DNA of 64,000 bases from Oikopleura dioica (lineage: Eukaryota; Animalia; Chordata). Made by a program: the position numbers and the translations under genes. Below are positions 13,973 to 26,681 of this stretch, in pieces; within the stretch, counting starts at the first letter, position 1; every line of letters begins with the position of its first letter. The stretch spans positions 14,829,208 through 14,893,207 of the forward strand of contig OU015568.1 in the NCBI GenBank assembly GCA_907165135.1, in the 5' to 3' direction. Below the pieces are notes generated by a model, which did not search any database, was not told where the DNA came from, and saw only the letters and a program-made list of their open reading frames with translations.

Positions 13973-16900
13973 ATGCCCCTTTCTAACATGCCGCTAGAGA
14001 CGGAAGTGAAACGATCAAGCGACATGTCAACACAAACCGATCTTCCCACAGAAATTCCTCAACCGCAGCAGATGTTATCGACGCCTTCTCAATGCTTTCT
14101 CCTTCAGTTATCCGGGTTGAAACGATAAATATTTTTCAAAAAAATGACTATTTGCTAAGTTTAACTTTCAAAGTTCTACCGGCTTTCAAAAAAATGATAA
14201 AACTCAGTTTTTTTCTATCCTGGGCTCCGAAACCTGTGTAGAAAACCTGAGTCAGGGTCCTAAAAGATCTTTGAGAAAAGCGGCAAAGCGGCTTTCTTAA
14301 TTAAGAAGCCGCAAAGCGGCTTCGCCATAATCACCAATTTTGACGAAGCTTTTCTCAGGTTTTCTCAGTACCCTGACTCAGGTTTTCTGAACAGGTCTCT
14401 GTAGAAGCCAGTTTCAACCCGTTTCAAGCCCCAAGTTTGCAACGTTTTGGAAAACTCGCTGGAAGCTACCCTCAGACTCAGCGGCGAGTCCCTCCAGAAA
14501 TTTCTTCCTTACAATGGTAAATTTTCAAGGCCAGGAAAAATGAGGAAATTTTATTCTAGGAAGCGATTTGCGATCGCGAAAACGCGACCGCTCAGCGTTG
14601 GACTTGTCGAGCTCGCTTGAATTTTCGGAATTTTTACGAAGCTCTCAAGAACGCTCGGCTCGAAACTCGACGGCCGATTCTTTCTGCCATTCGAATGCAT
14701 TCACGCACTCCCACCAGGCGACGACTTTTGGCTTCAATCCGGCGCACAGTCACAGTCAAATGCAAATGCCGATTACCCATATGCAAGCTTATCAAAATAG
14801 TAAGTTTCATTCAAGTAATGATTTAAGCGAATTTTAGCGAATTCAATTAACTCAAACTAGGAAAGTATCAATTGGCCAATTGGTTTTGTTTCGCGGCGAA
14901 ACTTTTGCCTATTATTTTCACGATTGTTTCGAGTGCTTAGTAAACGGGGGAGAACAAGATGTCCGACTAAGACTCGTTTATTTTCCTTCAATGAAAAACA
15001 TATCTTGTACGGACGTAGAAAAGACCAACATTTCAATGACTTTGCTATTTTAACCAGAGTTGCAAATTTTGCTTTATTTTTGCTGAGCTGAGCTGATCTG
15101 AGTAAAAATTTCTCTGATCGGAGCTGAGCTGAGCAGACCTTTTTTTAAGCTGGTTGAGCTGAGCGTACCCTAATTAGAGCTGAGCGGACCTGGTTGAGCA
15201 GAGCTGAGCTGAGCTTTTTTTACTGTATTTTAGTAAGTGATAAGTAAAGTGATAATTGTCTGAGCTGAGCAGAACAGATCACGGTCGAGAATAATTGAGC
15301 TGAGCTGAGCTGAGTGAAAATAGTGTGAGCTGAGCTGAGAAGATCATATCATTTTCAAAAATCACTGAGCTGAACTGAGCGACTGCTCAGCTCAGTCAGC
15401 TAGCTTAGCTCATTGAGCTCAGCAAATTTGAAACTCTGATTTTAACACATTAAAAATATATAAATTATGCTTTACTTAGTTTAAAAAATTATCATGATAA
15501 CTCATTAATTTTTTTTGGCTATATGATTTGCCCTAAAAAGGATCGCACGATAAATAAAATAATACAAAAATAAGTGACGCAAGAAGCAGGAGTGCTTATT
15601 CATTCAGCCACGATCCGCTTACGTTTAATATCGGAAATTCAAGAATTTAATTTTCAGTGTATCAGCAAGCAAACGTTTATGCAGCCTCTCATCCCGTGAC
15701 GCCAAAGCTTGAGCCGGGCGCAACTCAGCAAAACGCGCATTTGACAGTCGAAAGTGACGAGCAATTCTCCTGCAATTGGGGTAGCTGCGCTGTCGTTCAT
15801 CACCAAATCAACGATCTCGTCGAGCACATCAACAAAGATCACTTGGAAAGAGATGGAAGAAGAGACCTTGTTTGTCATTGGCAGGGTTGTTCAAGGGGCA
15901 AGAAACCGTTCAAGGTAAGATCGTTTAATAACATTTAAAAGCTTAGTTTATTTTCAAAATTTTCTCAAAAACGCCACGGTTAAATTCAAATCCCATGAGC
16001 AGAAGATTCGACTCCTCCCTGTTGATATAACGACACTTATTACGTGCACGACAAAATTTCGGAAATTTTGAAAACTCGAAACTTCCTGTTTCAAAGTAGC
16101 CTTTTTGGAAGTCCGGAATTAAGTCACTTTATTTTGTTATGTAGGGATTTTGTTTACAATTTATTTACCGCAATTAATCGCATAAAATGGCCAAGAGGTG
16201 GCGCTATTTTTAGAAAAGCGCCATCAGCTTTGATTTGATTGGTTGAGCGAAAATTAAGGGCTCTTACCTAAAAAAAGGCTTTTTTTGGAAAAATTCGAAA
16301 AATAAAAGAGACTGTATAATTCTGGTACTGTAGTTGGCTGTGTTTGCAATAACTGAGTATTGTTAGAAAGCAACGAATAAGAGGTTCGGGGGATTCAGAC
16401 AGAAACATACGATTTGTTGGTTTTTAATCTAACTGGCTTGTTTCAGGCATTATACATGTTGCGGATTCATATGCGTAGCCACAGCGGCGAAAAACCTTGC
16501 GAATGCCCGTATCCCGGCTGCGGAAAACGTTATTCACGTCACGAAAACTTGAAAACTCACATGCGCAGCCACACAAACGAGCGACCTTACGAGTGCCAAA
16601 TGCCAGGTTTGAGACCCTTTTTTCTTTTTTTTGATAATCTAAGATTTAAGATTTTCAGCTATAAATCAAGTGATATATAATTGAAAAATAAGCGGCCTTG
16701 GAATTTTTATTTTTCCGTTAGAAACTGTTCAATGTGTGTAAATTAGTGATAACATGATTCAAGGGTGCCACAAAACATTTACGAACGCATCGGATCGGGC
16801 CAAACACCAAAACAGGACTCATACGACTGAGAAGCGCTACATTTGTGATTTTCCAAACTGCGAGAAGAGATACACAGATCCAAGGTAAAAACCATCATTC

Positions 16901-19405
16901 TTTCAGAAACAAGATGATAAATTGTGGGGGAGACCAAAGATGGTCAAGCCAAAAATGCTCGGCGGTCAGAAACAATAGATAATGACTAAATTAGCTTCGT
17001 CACTGAAATTCCGAACTTGACCGCAGTTCAATTTTGAATAAGAAAAGTTTGATGTAATCTGATTGAAAAATCGGTAAAATTTCATGCTCAGTAATTTTAT
17101 ATTCGTTTGATTGAACTAAAAATCAACGACTCAACGTGAGTCACTGAAGTTCATTCCTCTAACTGTATTTCTAAATCCACTATAAAAATCTCCTTGTAGC
17201 TCGCTGCGAAAACACAAGAAAACAGTGCACGGAGATGACTCCCATCGTCCACCAAATCGAAAAATTCGAAAAACAGAGCCGAAGCCAGACTCGATGGGGC
17301 AGTTCACAACTCAAGCGCAGCGGAAAATCTCCACTTACCAACCAAAAACCCGTCCTAGCACAGTCCTCGGTTAGTTATCCCTCCAATTGGATACGTAAAA
17401 ACGATTAATTCAGGTTCAACCGGCTCTCCAATGGGCCAAGATTCGGGAATGGAACGCGACGGCTCTGGATCGGACATCGTCGTTGATCGACTTCATGGCA
17501 CCGCTGCTACTGGCGACGTGATGACAGTAACGCAGCAAAGTTCCAAGCTATCCGTAGTTGGTCAACGAGCACGATCTGTTTTCAAAAATTTGAAAACGGG
17601 CGTCAGCAGCTTGATGAGCCAGAAGAAAGATTCCGCGATTTATATGTCCGAATCAATGCAGAGGTACTTTTTTATTGCTCATTCGTGAATTAAAATATAT
17701 TCAGTAGTTCTGAATGCGATTTGAACCAGGAGGAATCATCGATTTCTGGATCCCCTAGCAAGGAAAAGGTCCTTACAACATGTGAAATGCAATAGTTTTT
17801 AGCGTGAACTTGAATTTAAAGCTTAACCCATCCTTTAATTCGGAGCAGAAAATGCAGTTTTTTAAAGGTTTCAGCATTTACTCCTCTAATTAAAAAGATT
17901 ATCCTACTTGACCTTAAGCAACAGCCGCTGAAAACCATAATAAGCGCTGAGCAACGGTACCAGGAATGGAATTAATTTTTACGAAATAAATAAATTAAAG
18001 ATTGAATTGATTAATTAAGCTTGGTTTTGCTTCGGATTTGTCACGTTTTTGCTGGATAATTAGCGGCGTTTTGGACAATAATAAGCTTGAATCGCATCTG
18101 TTTGACCCGAAACAAGGGTGGGAAGATTTGATAATTGCTCCATTCTCATCTTCAGAATACAATAATTATCCTTTTTTTTTATTTGAAAAATATCAATTTT
18201 AAATTCCAAAAAAGCTTGAAAATCTGCACAATCGAAGCCAAAATCTCCCCCCAACTCCCTCCGCTGCTTCTAGCAGCTATGTCCCCTCAGTCGACGAATA
18301 CTGGCAAGATCCCTCATCACCATCCTGGCCGATTTCGCCCAAAAACCAGCAAAAACAAAGCCCGACTGCTCCTGCGCAAGCTCCGCGGCTTCACGAATTG
18401 GAGCCGCTCTCTTGCAAATCCGAGCGAAAAGAAAATCCATGCCATTCGCTTGGAGCCCCTCAGCGTGATTTTCATCCCGCAAATCAAACTGCAAACCGAA
18501 ACCATTGGATGGCAATGATGGGGCATCATTCTCCGCACCCAGCAGCGTCGCCCTCAAATTACGGCGCTTATCCATCGCCACCTCCTCAAGCCGAAAGTAA
18601 TCCATACGTCCATTACCAACCACAAGGTCCCGCGATGGGCTATCATCATCCGTGGGGACAACCTTGGCCGTACAGTCCTTCTAGCGACCCAAATTCGCCT
18701 TCCAATTATCCGATGAGTACTGTTTTCAACCCAGAAGGTACGTATCCTAACGTGAGAAACTTCAATGTTTTTTTGATTACTTAGTAAAAAGAAAAACCGT
18801 ATTTTTATTCGGAAAGAAAAAAACAAGGTGGAAGATTGTTTTACTCACTACAAAGGAACAATTTGCTGAGCGGCCGATCCACGTTTTCAAAACATTCAGG
18901 ATCTTAAATGTCTAAATTTCGTAGAGAGCTATTAAAACGAACGACTTTTAGGAGCATCATAACAAATATCTATTTCTTATTCCCTTTATTAAATTAACGA
19001 AACCAAAAAACGACGATTTTATAAAGGAATACCATGTTTTCCTTCTTTTGTTAAAAAATTTACTTATATTATAAATTATTGTAACAAAATATAAATTATT
19101 ATTTATATTTTTTTTTATTTTTTTATATCATAAAAAATATTTTTTTTTTCTAATTTTTTTATTTGATAAAAAATTTATTTTATAAAAAATTTTATATTAT
19201 ATTATATTATATTATATCATTAAAAAATTTATTAAATTTATTTATTTTTTAATTTTCTTTATTTGAAAAGTAAATTTTATCCAAAAATTCAGGCTTCAAT
19301 AAAATGAATGTGATGACCCGAGAAGGCCTGTGGCAAATGTACAACCGAGAAAACAATCTCTACAGTCAGATGCTTTCGGACCAGAATCGACAGAAGCAGA
19401 GCTAG
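13973..19405 (+). CDS. GLI: GLI-family C2H2 zinc-finger transcription factor
   Basis: Five fingers across exons from 15658: [26 protein letters not shown]|[48 protein letters not shown]|[15 protein letters not shown] and [13 protein letters not shown] favour GLI over GLIS. First exons are inferred; the last exon ends at TAG 19403-19405. Confidence 0.9.
14232..14396. mobile_element. MITE-like element with about 27-bp imperfect TIRs, in an inferred GLI intron
   Basis: ACCTGTGTAGAAAACCTGAGTCAGGGT ... ACCCTGACTCAGGTTTTCTGAACAGGT, with internal AAGCCGC/GCGGCTT motifs. No TSD seen. Confidence 0.6.
15055..15438. mobile_element. Non-autonomous hAT MITE filled with TGAGC/GAGCT pentamers (GLI intron)
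   Basis: Imperfect TIRs CAGAGTTGCAAATTTTGCT / AGCAAATTTGAAACTCTG; perfect 8-bp TSD ATTTTAAC (15047-15054 and 15439-15446). Confidence 0.85.
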
Positions 19406-19851
19406 AATAATTGTGACACTGAAATTGAAAGTTCATTTGCTGAAAGAAAATTATGTTCAGAGCTGCGTATACTGCCGCGAATTAATAAAATATGAGAAAA
19501 ATTCAATTTTTTTTTTATTCTAAAAAATGTATTCTTAAAAAATATATTTTCATGATTGAAAATATTTTTCATAATCAGGACGATTTGTCAACACTCTAAA
19601 ATATTTGCTCAGATAAAAATCGTTCTAGCAAGCCGCAAAACTACAACGAAAAACACCCCTACGTCTTCAAAAAGAATCTTCAAAAAAGTTTCGCGCGCGA
19701 AACATTCAATCGCGCCGTGGCGATCAAGACCGCTCATGGTGGCGCTAAGGTCGGCGCGGCGCTCTTATATTTTTTATAGATTTAAAAATTATTGTTTTCT
19801 GGTTCTCATTATCAAAAACCAAGTCTAACCATCAGTCTTTTTCTCGAATAG

Positions 19852-22800
19852 ATGGTCGGGCTTTGGCTTCTTCTTTTTATACGTAAGTTTCAAGCAAAAA
19901 AAAAGAGAGATCTCAAAAAAATTATCCAAAAATGTCGACAAAAATGTCGACAAAAATCGACAATGCAAACCCTAAATTGTCGACAAATGTTAAAATTAGA
20001 CTTAATAGGAGTAGGGCATTGTCGACAATTTAGGGTTTCCATCTCGAAAAATTTTCGATAAAATTGTTCAATCAAAAATTTAGACGAGAGCCATGGTCTC
20101 TCAAAACTCGAAAGAGACCTTTTCAACGATGCCTGTGTCCCAAAAACAGAAGAAGACTTCCAAATCCTAGAGAAATTCATCGTCCCTCACGAAGACCGAC
20201 CCGATTTCTTCATCAACAACCCAGCCACGAACAACCAGCTCAAAACCAAATTCAACGGCCGCTCCTATGCCAAATCCAACGGCTACTGCGACATCGGGAC
20301 ATTCGACAGCTGGCAAAGCTGTAGCGAAGTCGGCGAGTGTTACGAAGATTGCTGGGACGGAAAGTGCCACGAGTTCAAGAAAAACGGCACGACTCCCTTT
20401 CCGAAAAACTTTTCCGAAGATGGAAAATGCCGGGAAAAAATGCTGCTGTGCGCGAAACAATGTGCAGACAATCCAGACTGCGACGCGTTCTCGTTTTTGA
20501 TGCTGGAGAAGTCGAGCTACTATCAAGTGTTCAGATGCAACCTCATGGCCGGAGGGCTCTGTAAACCATCAACTATTGATCCAATTCCACCACGCGCTGT
20601 CTATCACGTCAAAAGATCCTTCTACGAGACATTGAAACCAGAACAGCTAGAAAATGACGACTCCTTGCAGCAATTTTGGACATCGTGGAGCCAGTGCCAA
20701 ACCAAGGCAAAGTGCGGAGAAGGAGTCGAAAACAGATCGAGGCGGAAAGAAGATGGCGGAAAGCAGTGGAATGCAAGAAAGTGCCATCAAATGACAAGTA
20801 CTGGAGAGCCGATTCTCTGTCCGAAAGAAATCGTACTTCCCACAATCGCTCATGGCCTGACTCAATGGTCTGAATGGGGATCCTGTTCAAAAACCTGCTT
20901 TGACCCGTTCCGAAAAACTTTCACAGAAAAAGGCCAGCGATTGAGAACCAGATCTTGTGGAACCTGCCAAAATCCCGATTCGTCCAATTTCTGCGAAAAC
21001 CCAAGTAACTTGCTGTTTTCCGAAGAAAAAGAAGGGCAAGACCTGCCATATTGTGAAGGAGAAAAAGTCGAAATAGAAGAATGCAACGTCCACCAATGCC
21101 TTCCGCACTCGAACCTCGGTTGGGCCGAAGATGGCAAAACTAGGGACTATTATAAAGTCGAAGGTTGGGCAACTGCGCCAGAAAATTCCGAAACCGACAA
21201 CGCCCAGTTTCAAGGAAAATGCCCAAATTACGCGACTGATGCTTACAAAAGTGTCCTAATCAATGGGGATGTTCGAAGAAACCTGAACGCAAAGATCAAT
21301 CGAAAGAGAAAAGCTGCTTTTGCAGAGTGCATGAAATTGTGCCGCAACGAGTCTGCCAAGTGCAAGGCTGTTACGTTCAAACTTGAATTCGACAGCGAGA
21401 GCGGCAGCCCTAATTGTTTCCTTCACGAGACCAGGTGCCACGAGAGCAGCGATTTCACAACAGACGATGCGCAAGTTTGGTACGCTTACAAAAACCACTG
21501 CTTTGCGAAAAACTTCTGCGCTCACGCAGGTGACAATTGGCGATCCAAATGCGACGCGTCCGGAGAATTCGCCTATCCAAACTTGCCCAAGTGCTCTTGT
21601 CAGGGATCGAAAGACAAGCACACGTCTGGGCGATTCTTCGGAAACGCTCTTGGATGGCGAGAATTCAACGAAACAACTAACATGTACCAGCCGCGAATTC
21701 CCGCACCGAAATTTTACAATGAAAAACAGTACTCTCGAATTTTCAACACTGAATCCACGACTGAGCAATATTTGCAAGCCTACGAAGATAATCTGCTGAT
21801 GTGTCACAGTAAGTCCAATTTTCAGAAAAAGAGACTCTTGAAATGAACTTCTCGATCATTTTTTCTATTTAAATTAAGCTTGATATGATAATTATATAAC
21901 AATAAGGTTAAATCAGCGCGCAAAATGGCTCAATTTCAAAGTATTATAAAATAATTATCGCGATTGTATTTTTGCCAAGCGATTAGTTCATCATTGAGAC
22001 AAGAATTATAATCATCATTCAAGAGCAAAAACAGATAGCTCTTAATTTTCCTTTCCGCTAGAATGTAACAACACGTTGTTATAATTCAATTTCTTAGACC
22101 CTTGCGCCCATCATCGTTGTGGAGAAAACAGCATCTGCGAACTAGACGCAACCGAGACGACTGGATATCGTTGCAACTGCAAACACCCTTACATAATCAA
22201 TCCAGAGTTTGACTACAACCACAATGCTTGCGTCCAAAACATGGACAATCGAAACGTGCGCGCCGACTTTTCAGACAGCAAAATTCTCTTTGGCGGCGGC
22301 TGGCATCGTCAACCACCACCTGGATTTCAAATCAACGACGAACCAATGCCCAGCGATAGATACTACGGCCTTGAGTCGACGGACGAGCCCGGAACGGTCC
22401 AAATCATGCATTTGAAGAATCACGCTCCCAGTCCAACAAGAGAACAAAGAATTGGAAAATTTTACGGCTGCATGATGCACCTCGACGAAAAATCAGTCAT
22501 GTTGGCTGGAGGAAAATGGGGAGACAGTTTCAACCAGTACGACGATCAAACATCCGTCTTCCGATTTAACAACCACGTCAGCGATGGAAAATGGATCGAC
22601 ACCCAGGGTAACGAAATGCAAAGCTCTCCTGAATCCTGCCAAGGCGAGAGCGGCTGCGTCAGGGGAAATGATTGGCCAGATCTTCCTTCAACCTCAGTTC
22701 TTCGTTGCGAAGGACAATGTCGAAATGGCGAAGCGGGAGTAGGCCCGACCAATGTTTATTGGATAGCAGAGTATTGCTACATCAAAACCGAGTTCTTCAA

Positions 22801-24813
22801 CAGCGAATCAAGAAATATGGAAGAGATGGAATTTAATCTCTGTGAATACAAACTCGTTGCGGACGAAGAAAACGGAGAATTCGTCCCAAAACTCGGCGGA
22901 AAATACAGATCCGAAAAGCAACCAGAAGCTGTCTGGCGATCGAATGTTGCTGATTACCAACGTGCGTTCTTGAACACGACTGGTGAAAAATTCCGAGGAA
23001 AACTCAACCGAATCAAATGGAGTGAAAACGAAGACGTAACGAACAACAGAACAACGGAACATGTTTGGAAAGATTACCCAAGCCCAGAACTCTTTTCTCC
23101 CGCTGTTGGCCCCCAAGATCCAGTTAAAAAATTCTACAGAGGTTCAAATTTCATCGACGTGCTGATCAAAGAAGCAAGAAACAACAACGCCCAAGGACAG
23201 CCTGTTTGCGGAATTCTCGGTGATAGAGCTTATCTTGGCTCTGGAACCGGCGGTTTTTTGTACTCGATCCCTCGAAATGCATCTCAGCTGTCTATGGAGC
23301 CAGTTTGGCGAAGAGAAAATTCATCACGATTTCCTCAAGCGTACAGTAGAGTCGACGGAAGAAGATGCACCGCTCGAAGAATCCCGGATAAGGATACTTA
23401 CGATCTGTTCCCAATTCAGCGACAGTCTCTCGGAATTGCTTCTACAACGGAAGGTCTCTGGATGCTCGGTGGTCTGGTTCATCCATCAGCTGACGTAGAA
23501 AACACCCTCGGCAACATCAAGTACGCAGATGTCGAAGGATGCACCAAAGGCGCGATGTACAGCGATGTCTGGGTGTTCAACCCTCGAGGCTGGAATCGAC
23601 AGGCAGTTCTCGGCGACGCGGCGGAAAAATACAAAGGACAAAGCGCAAGACAAATTCTTCCCGAAAGATACGGTTTCGGAGATGGAATCGACGAAAAACC
23701 CTTCCCTCAGAGCTTCGAGGACTTTACCTTGTGGGACGAAGAATCTTCAGAGAATGGACTGACAATCCAACGAGCAGAAGAAGAGGGTTGGGAATGTTCA
23801 GCTGTTCAGGGCGGCTGGTGTAGAAAGCCGTTTTTACCACATCATACAAAAGGTAATTGCGACCCTAAAAATCCTCTCCCCTAAAAATCCTATCTAGCGC
23901 CTGAAGTTGTGACTCTCTGTTTCGAATACGACGAAGGAGAGGAAATCTATCAGCCAGAGCACGTCGATGTTTTCGGTAACACGTACTGGGGCCAACCTAA
24001 AAAGACGCAAAAAAGACCGCGAGTATGTTCAATCGAAGAAACTAAAAACGACGATAACGATTGCATCTGCTACCTCTTTGCTGTCGGCGGCCAAGCTGGG
24101 CGCAAAATGCCCCGAATATGGTAAAATTGATTTTCAACAATTGAATATTTTTTCGATGAAATTTTTTGATCCCTTTTTTCTAGAGCGGCTTCCGAAGAGA
24201 AGTCTTCTACCTAGAAATCCGGCGCGCAGATGGCACTTATGGATCCGATCGTCCAAAATACTCCTCTTCTGTTTCTGAAAACTGCCCGAATGCGGAGAAG
24301 CTCCATGCTGAAGATGCAGATCTTGTCGTCGATGAAACATCTGCCGTCGCCGACTTCAGTGAATGCACCGACTCTTGCTCCAGCGAAACCTGCAATAGAA
24401 AATGGGACAAGACCCTACTCCGGCGAAAGTGGCACGAAGCAGGGCGAATTCGTTTCCCAAGATTGGGATTTTTGTCCGGAACGCTCAAGGGCGAGATCTT
24501 CCTCTGGGGCGGCGAGTGCGCTGGATTCTCCAAAGACGACGGAAAATCGGCAAATATGGAGCTCAACGGCACCTGCCGAAGTTGCTACAAGACGCATTTG
24601 TGCAAGGCGAAAATCGACGAGAACGGAGTCGCGGACAATCAAGACTACATGGAGCGCTTCGTCATTTTCCGAATGAACAAAGCCGGCTTCTTATTCGGAG
24701 CGCCACGGCATGTCGAAATGAAGGGTTGGTATCCGGGAACTGTGACAAATGACGAGTCTCAAGTTTCGCAGCAATTCTCGGCCATCAACAACAATAACGC
24801 GTTTTACAGTTAG
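19852..24813 (+). CDS. Large secreted Cys-rich mosaic protein: signal peptide, PAN/apple-like, TSP1 repeats, EGF-like and kelch-like GG repeats
   Basis: Exon 1 MVGLWLLLFI splices (19883-20082) into a long frame with WTSWSQC and WSEWGSCSKTC (TSP1), CMKLCRNESAKCKAVTF (PAN-like), DPCAHHRCGENSICEL..YRCNC (EGF), and LAGG/MLGG/AVGG/LWGG motifs. Apparent -1 frameshift near 24098-24113. Confidence 0.75.
19967..20038. repeat. Perfect 20-bp inverted repeat with flanking GTCGAC tandem units (intronic MITE-like)
   Basis: AAACCCTAAATTGTCGACAA (19967-19986) and TTGTCGACAATTTAGGGTTT (20019-20038). Similar TCGA-rich repeats occur near 51270-51450. Confidence 0.75.
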
Positions 24814-24956
24814 AAGCAACCTTTGTGCAAACAAAATGCCTGTAAAATAAGTCTGTTAAATATTCTGTAATTATTACTGTACATAAATCTATCGACGGTT
24901 TCTTTTCAATAAAGGACCAAACTTATAAGTCTCATGTGTTTTATTCGTGAAAATAA

Positions 24957-25259
24957 TCATTTACATAAAATATAATAACAAATAATATCAAAAATATCGA
25001 AGGTACACCAATCTTCGTAGCAATTGTCGCAGCATCCGTCTGAACAAAAATATAGAATTTCAAGAAATTCGATAAAAATGAAATCTCCTCGATTTCCATC
25101 AGCAACATTACCGTCATCATCATCGATATCAATCGTAGTCGAGGTGGTAGTAGATGAAGTGCATGAAACTTAATAAAAATTAACTAAAATTTCGTCTTTT
25201 TCTCCACTCTTAAAACCTTCAGCAGAGGATTTTGGTTTCACTTCATTTTTCCGACCCAT
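24957..25259 (-). CDS. Small protein with a Cys-rich hydrophobic tail (CYSTM-like, tentative)
   Basis: Three-exon model MGRKNEVKPKSSAEVSCTSSTTT...DGCCDNCYEDWCTFDIFDIICYYILCK*. The second intron needs a GA donor. Confidence 0.35.
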
Positions 25260-25475
25260 TTTAGCTTCTCAAAAATGCTTCACTCTCCTGCTTGGTACCT
25301 GCAAATCAAAGCGTGATAATAAATAGAGGAAGGTGACATTTAAACTGGCAAATAAAATGTACTCAAGGACCAAAATGAAATTTGGAGAAGATTTTCCTGC
25401 AGAATACTGTCGCCGCTATGTACTCAAATGGCGAAATAAAATGACGAAAATAGAGTTTAACAACTTTCCGTAGAG

Positions 25476-25903
25476 TTAAAGCCATACGTTGCTATAGCAT
25501 AGGCGATAGTTATTGCGATCTGTAGAAAATAATAATGTTTCTATCGCAACTCTCGAGTCTGAACTCGCAAATTTTTTTGAAGAATTTTTTATGCCAGATG
25601 ATGATTCATTATCAGGACAGCAAACGTACAGGACGCCTCCTACATTATCGAACAGCAACATTGCTCGTCGTCTGAAAACAAATTTCGTCTCTTCTTAGAT
25701 ATTTTCGATTAAGAATGAACAAGGAGATGAGAGCCTCTCTTACCTTCTTCATCACCGTATCTAGTCGAATTATCACTGATCGTTGAATTTGAAGTCGTGT
25801 ACGATGAAGCTAAATTGAGCAAAAAAAATATATTTTCCGATAATATTTTATTCTTACCTTCCGAAGAACTATCAACCTCCACCAATGCAAAAATTTGGGG
25901 CAT
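25476..25903 (-). CDS. Hypothetical protein, 3' exons
   Basis: Two GTAAG-AG introns join ORF 25709-25903 to ORF 25476-25661 in frame. No homology recognised. Confidence 0.3.
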
Positions 25904-26681
25904 TTATTCTATCGAAAAATCTTTCTCACTCAGAGTAGACTCTACTGTCAGACAGTAAATAGAAGACAACCCCGCTTGTTCTTTGCAACAAAAAAGAACG
26001 AAAGTAATGAATTTTAATCGACAAATAAAGCATTCAAGAAGAGATATAAAATTGACCAAAATTGACTTTTCTTTGCAGTAGATCGAAATTTTTCGCTTTA
26101 TTTACAGAATGAAAATGTACAGAAGTAAAAAAGTCAATATAAAATCATATGAAGATTTTGCTTCAACCAGTCTTCAAAAGCTCGGATCAACTTTTGAGAT
26201 GAATAATATTTCTTGAAAAATATTATTTTAAAAATCTGTTAATATTTGAAAACATACAAGTTCGAAGACGAGTCATTGTTCCAGCAGTCGAATTCATAAA
26301 TCGATTTGAACTTTTTAGGGCTTTTTCGGAATTTTGCGAAAACTTTCTTGTTAAATTATTTTCTGCAAAAACATATCTATATTTTGCACTTGTACTACAA
26401 GTTGTAACGTTGCAATGAAAGAGATCAATGAAGAGAAAAAAAACTCATGTAAAAATATTCAACGGTTTTTTCGCAAAAGTGTTTTGGATAAAGCCGTGGC
26501 TTGAACGCGGCGTATTATTGGCAATAAGCATATTCAGACTATCGGAGACCGCGCCCAATCTTTCTCCGAATTATTTGAGCAAACACGAATGTGAGGATGA
26601 TTTTTCCAAAAATAAAGAAAAACGTAACGTTTGCTTTTAATTTAATTCGCCTCCTAGAAGAATATTTTCCAGTCGATTGAG

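Noticed and set aside
19040-19270. Extremely AT-rich stretch
   Set aside because: Low-complexity GLI intron with no defined unit or termini.
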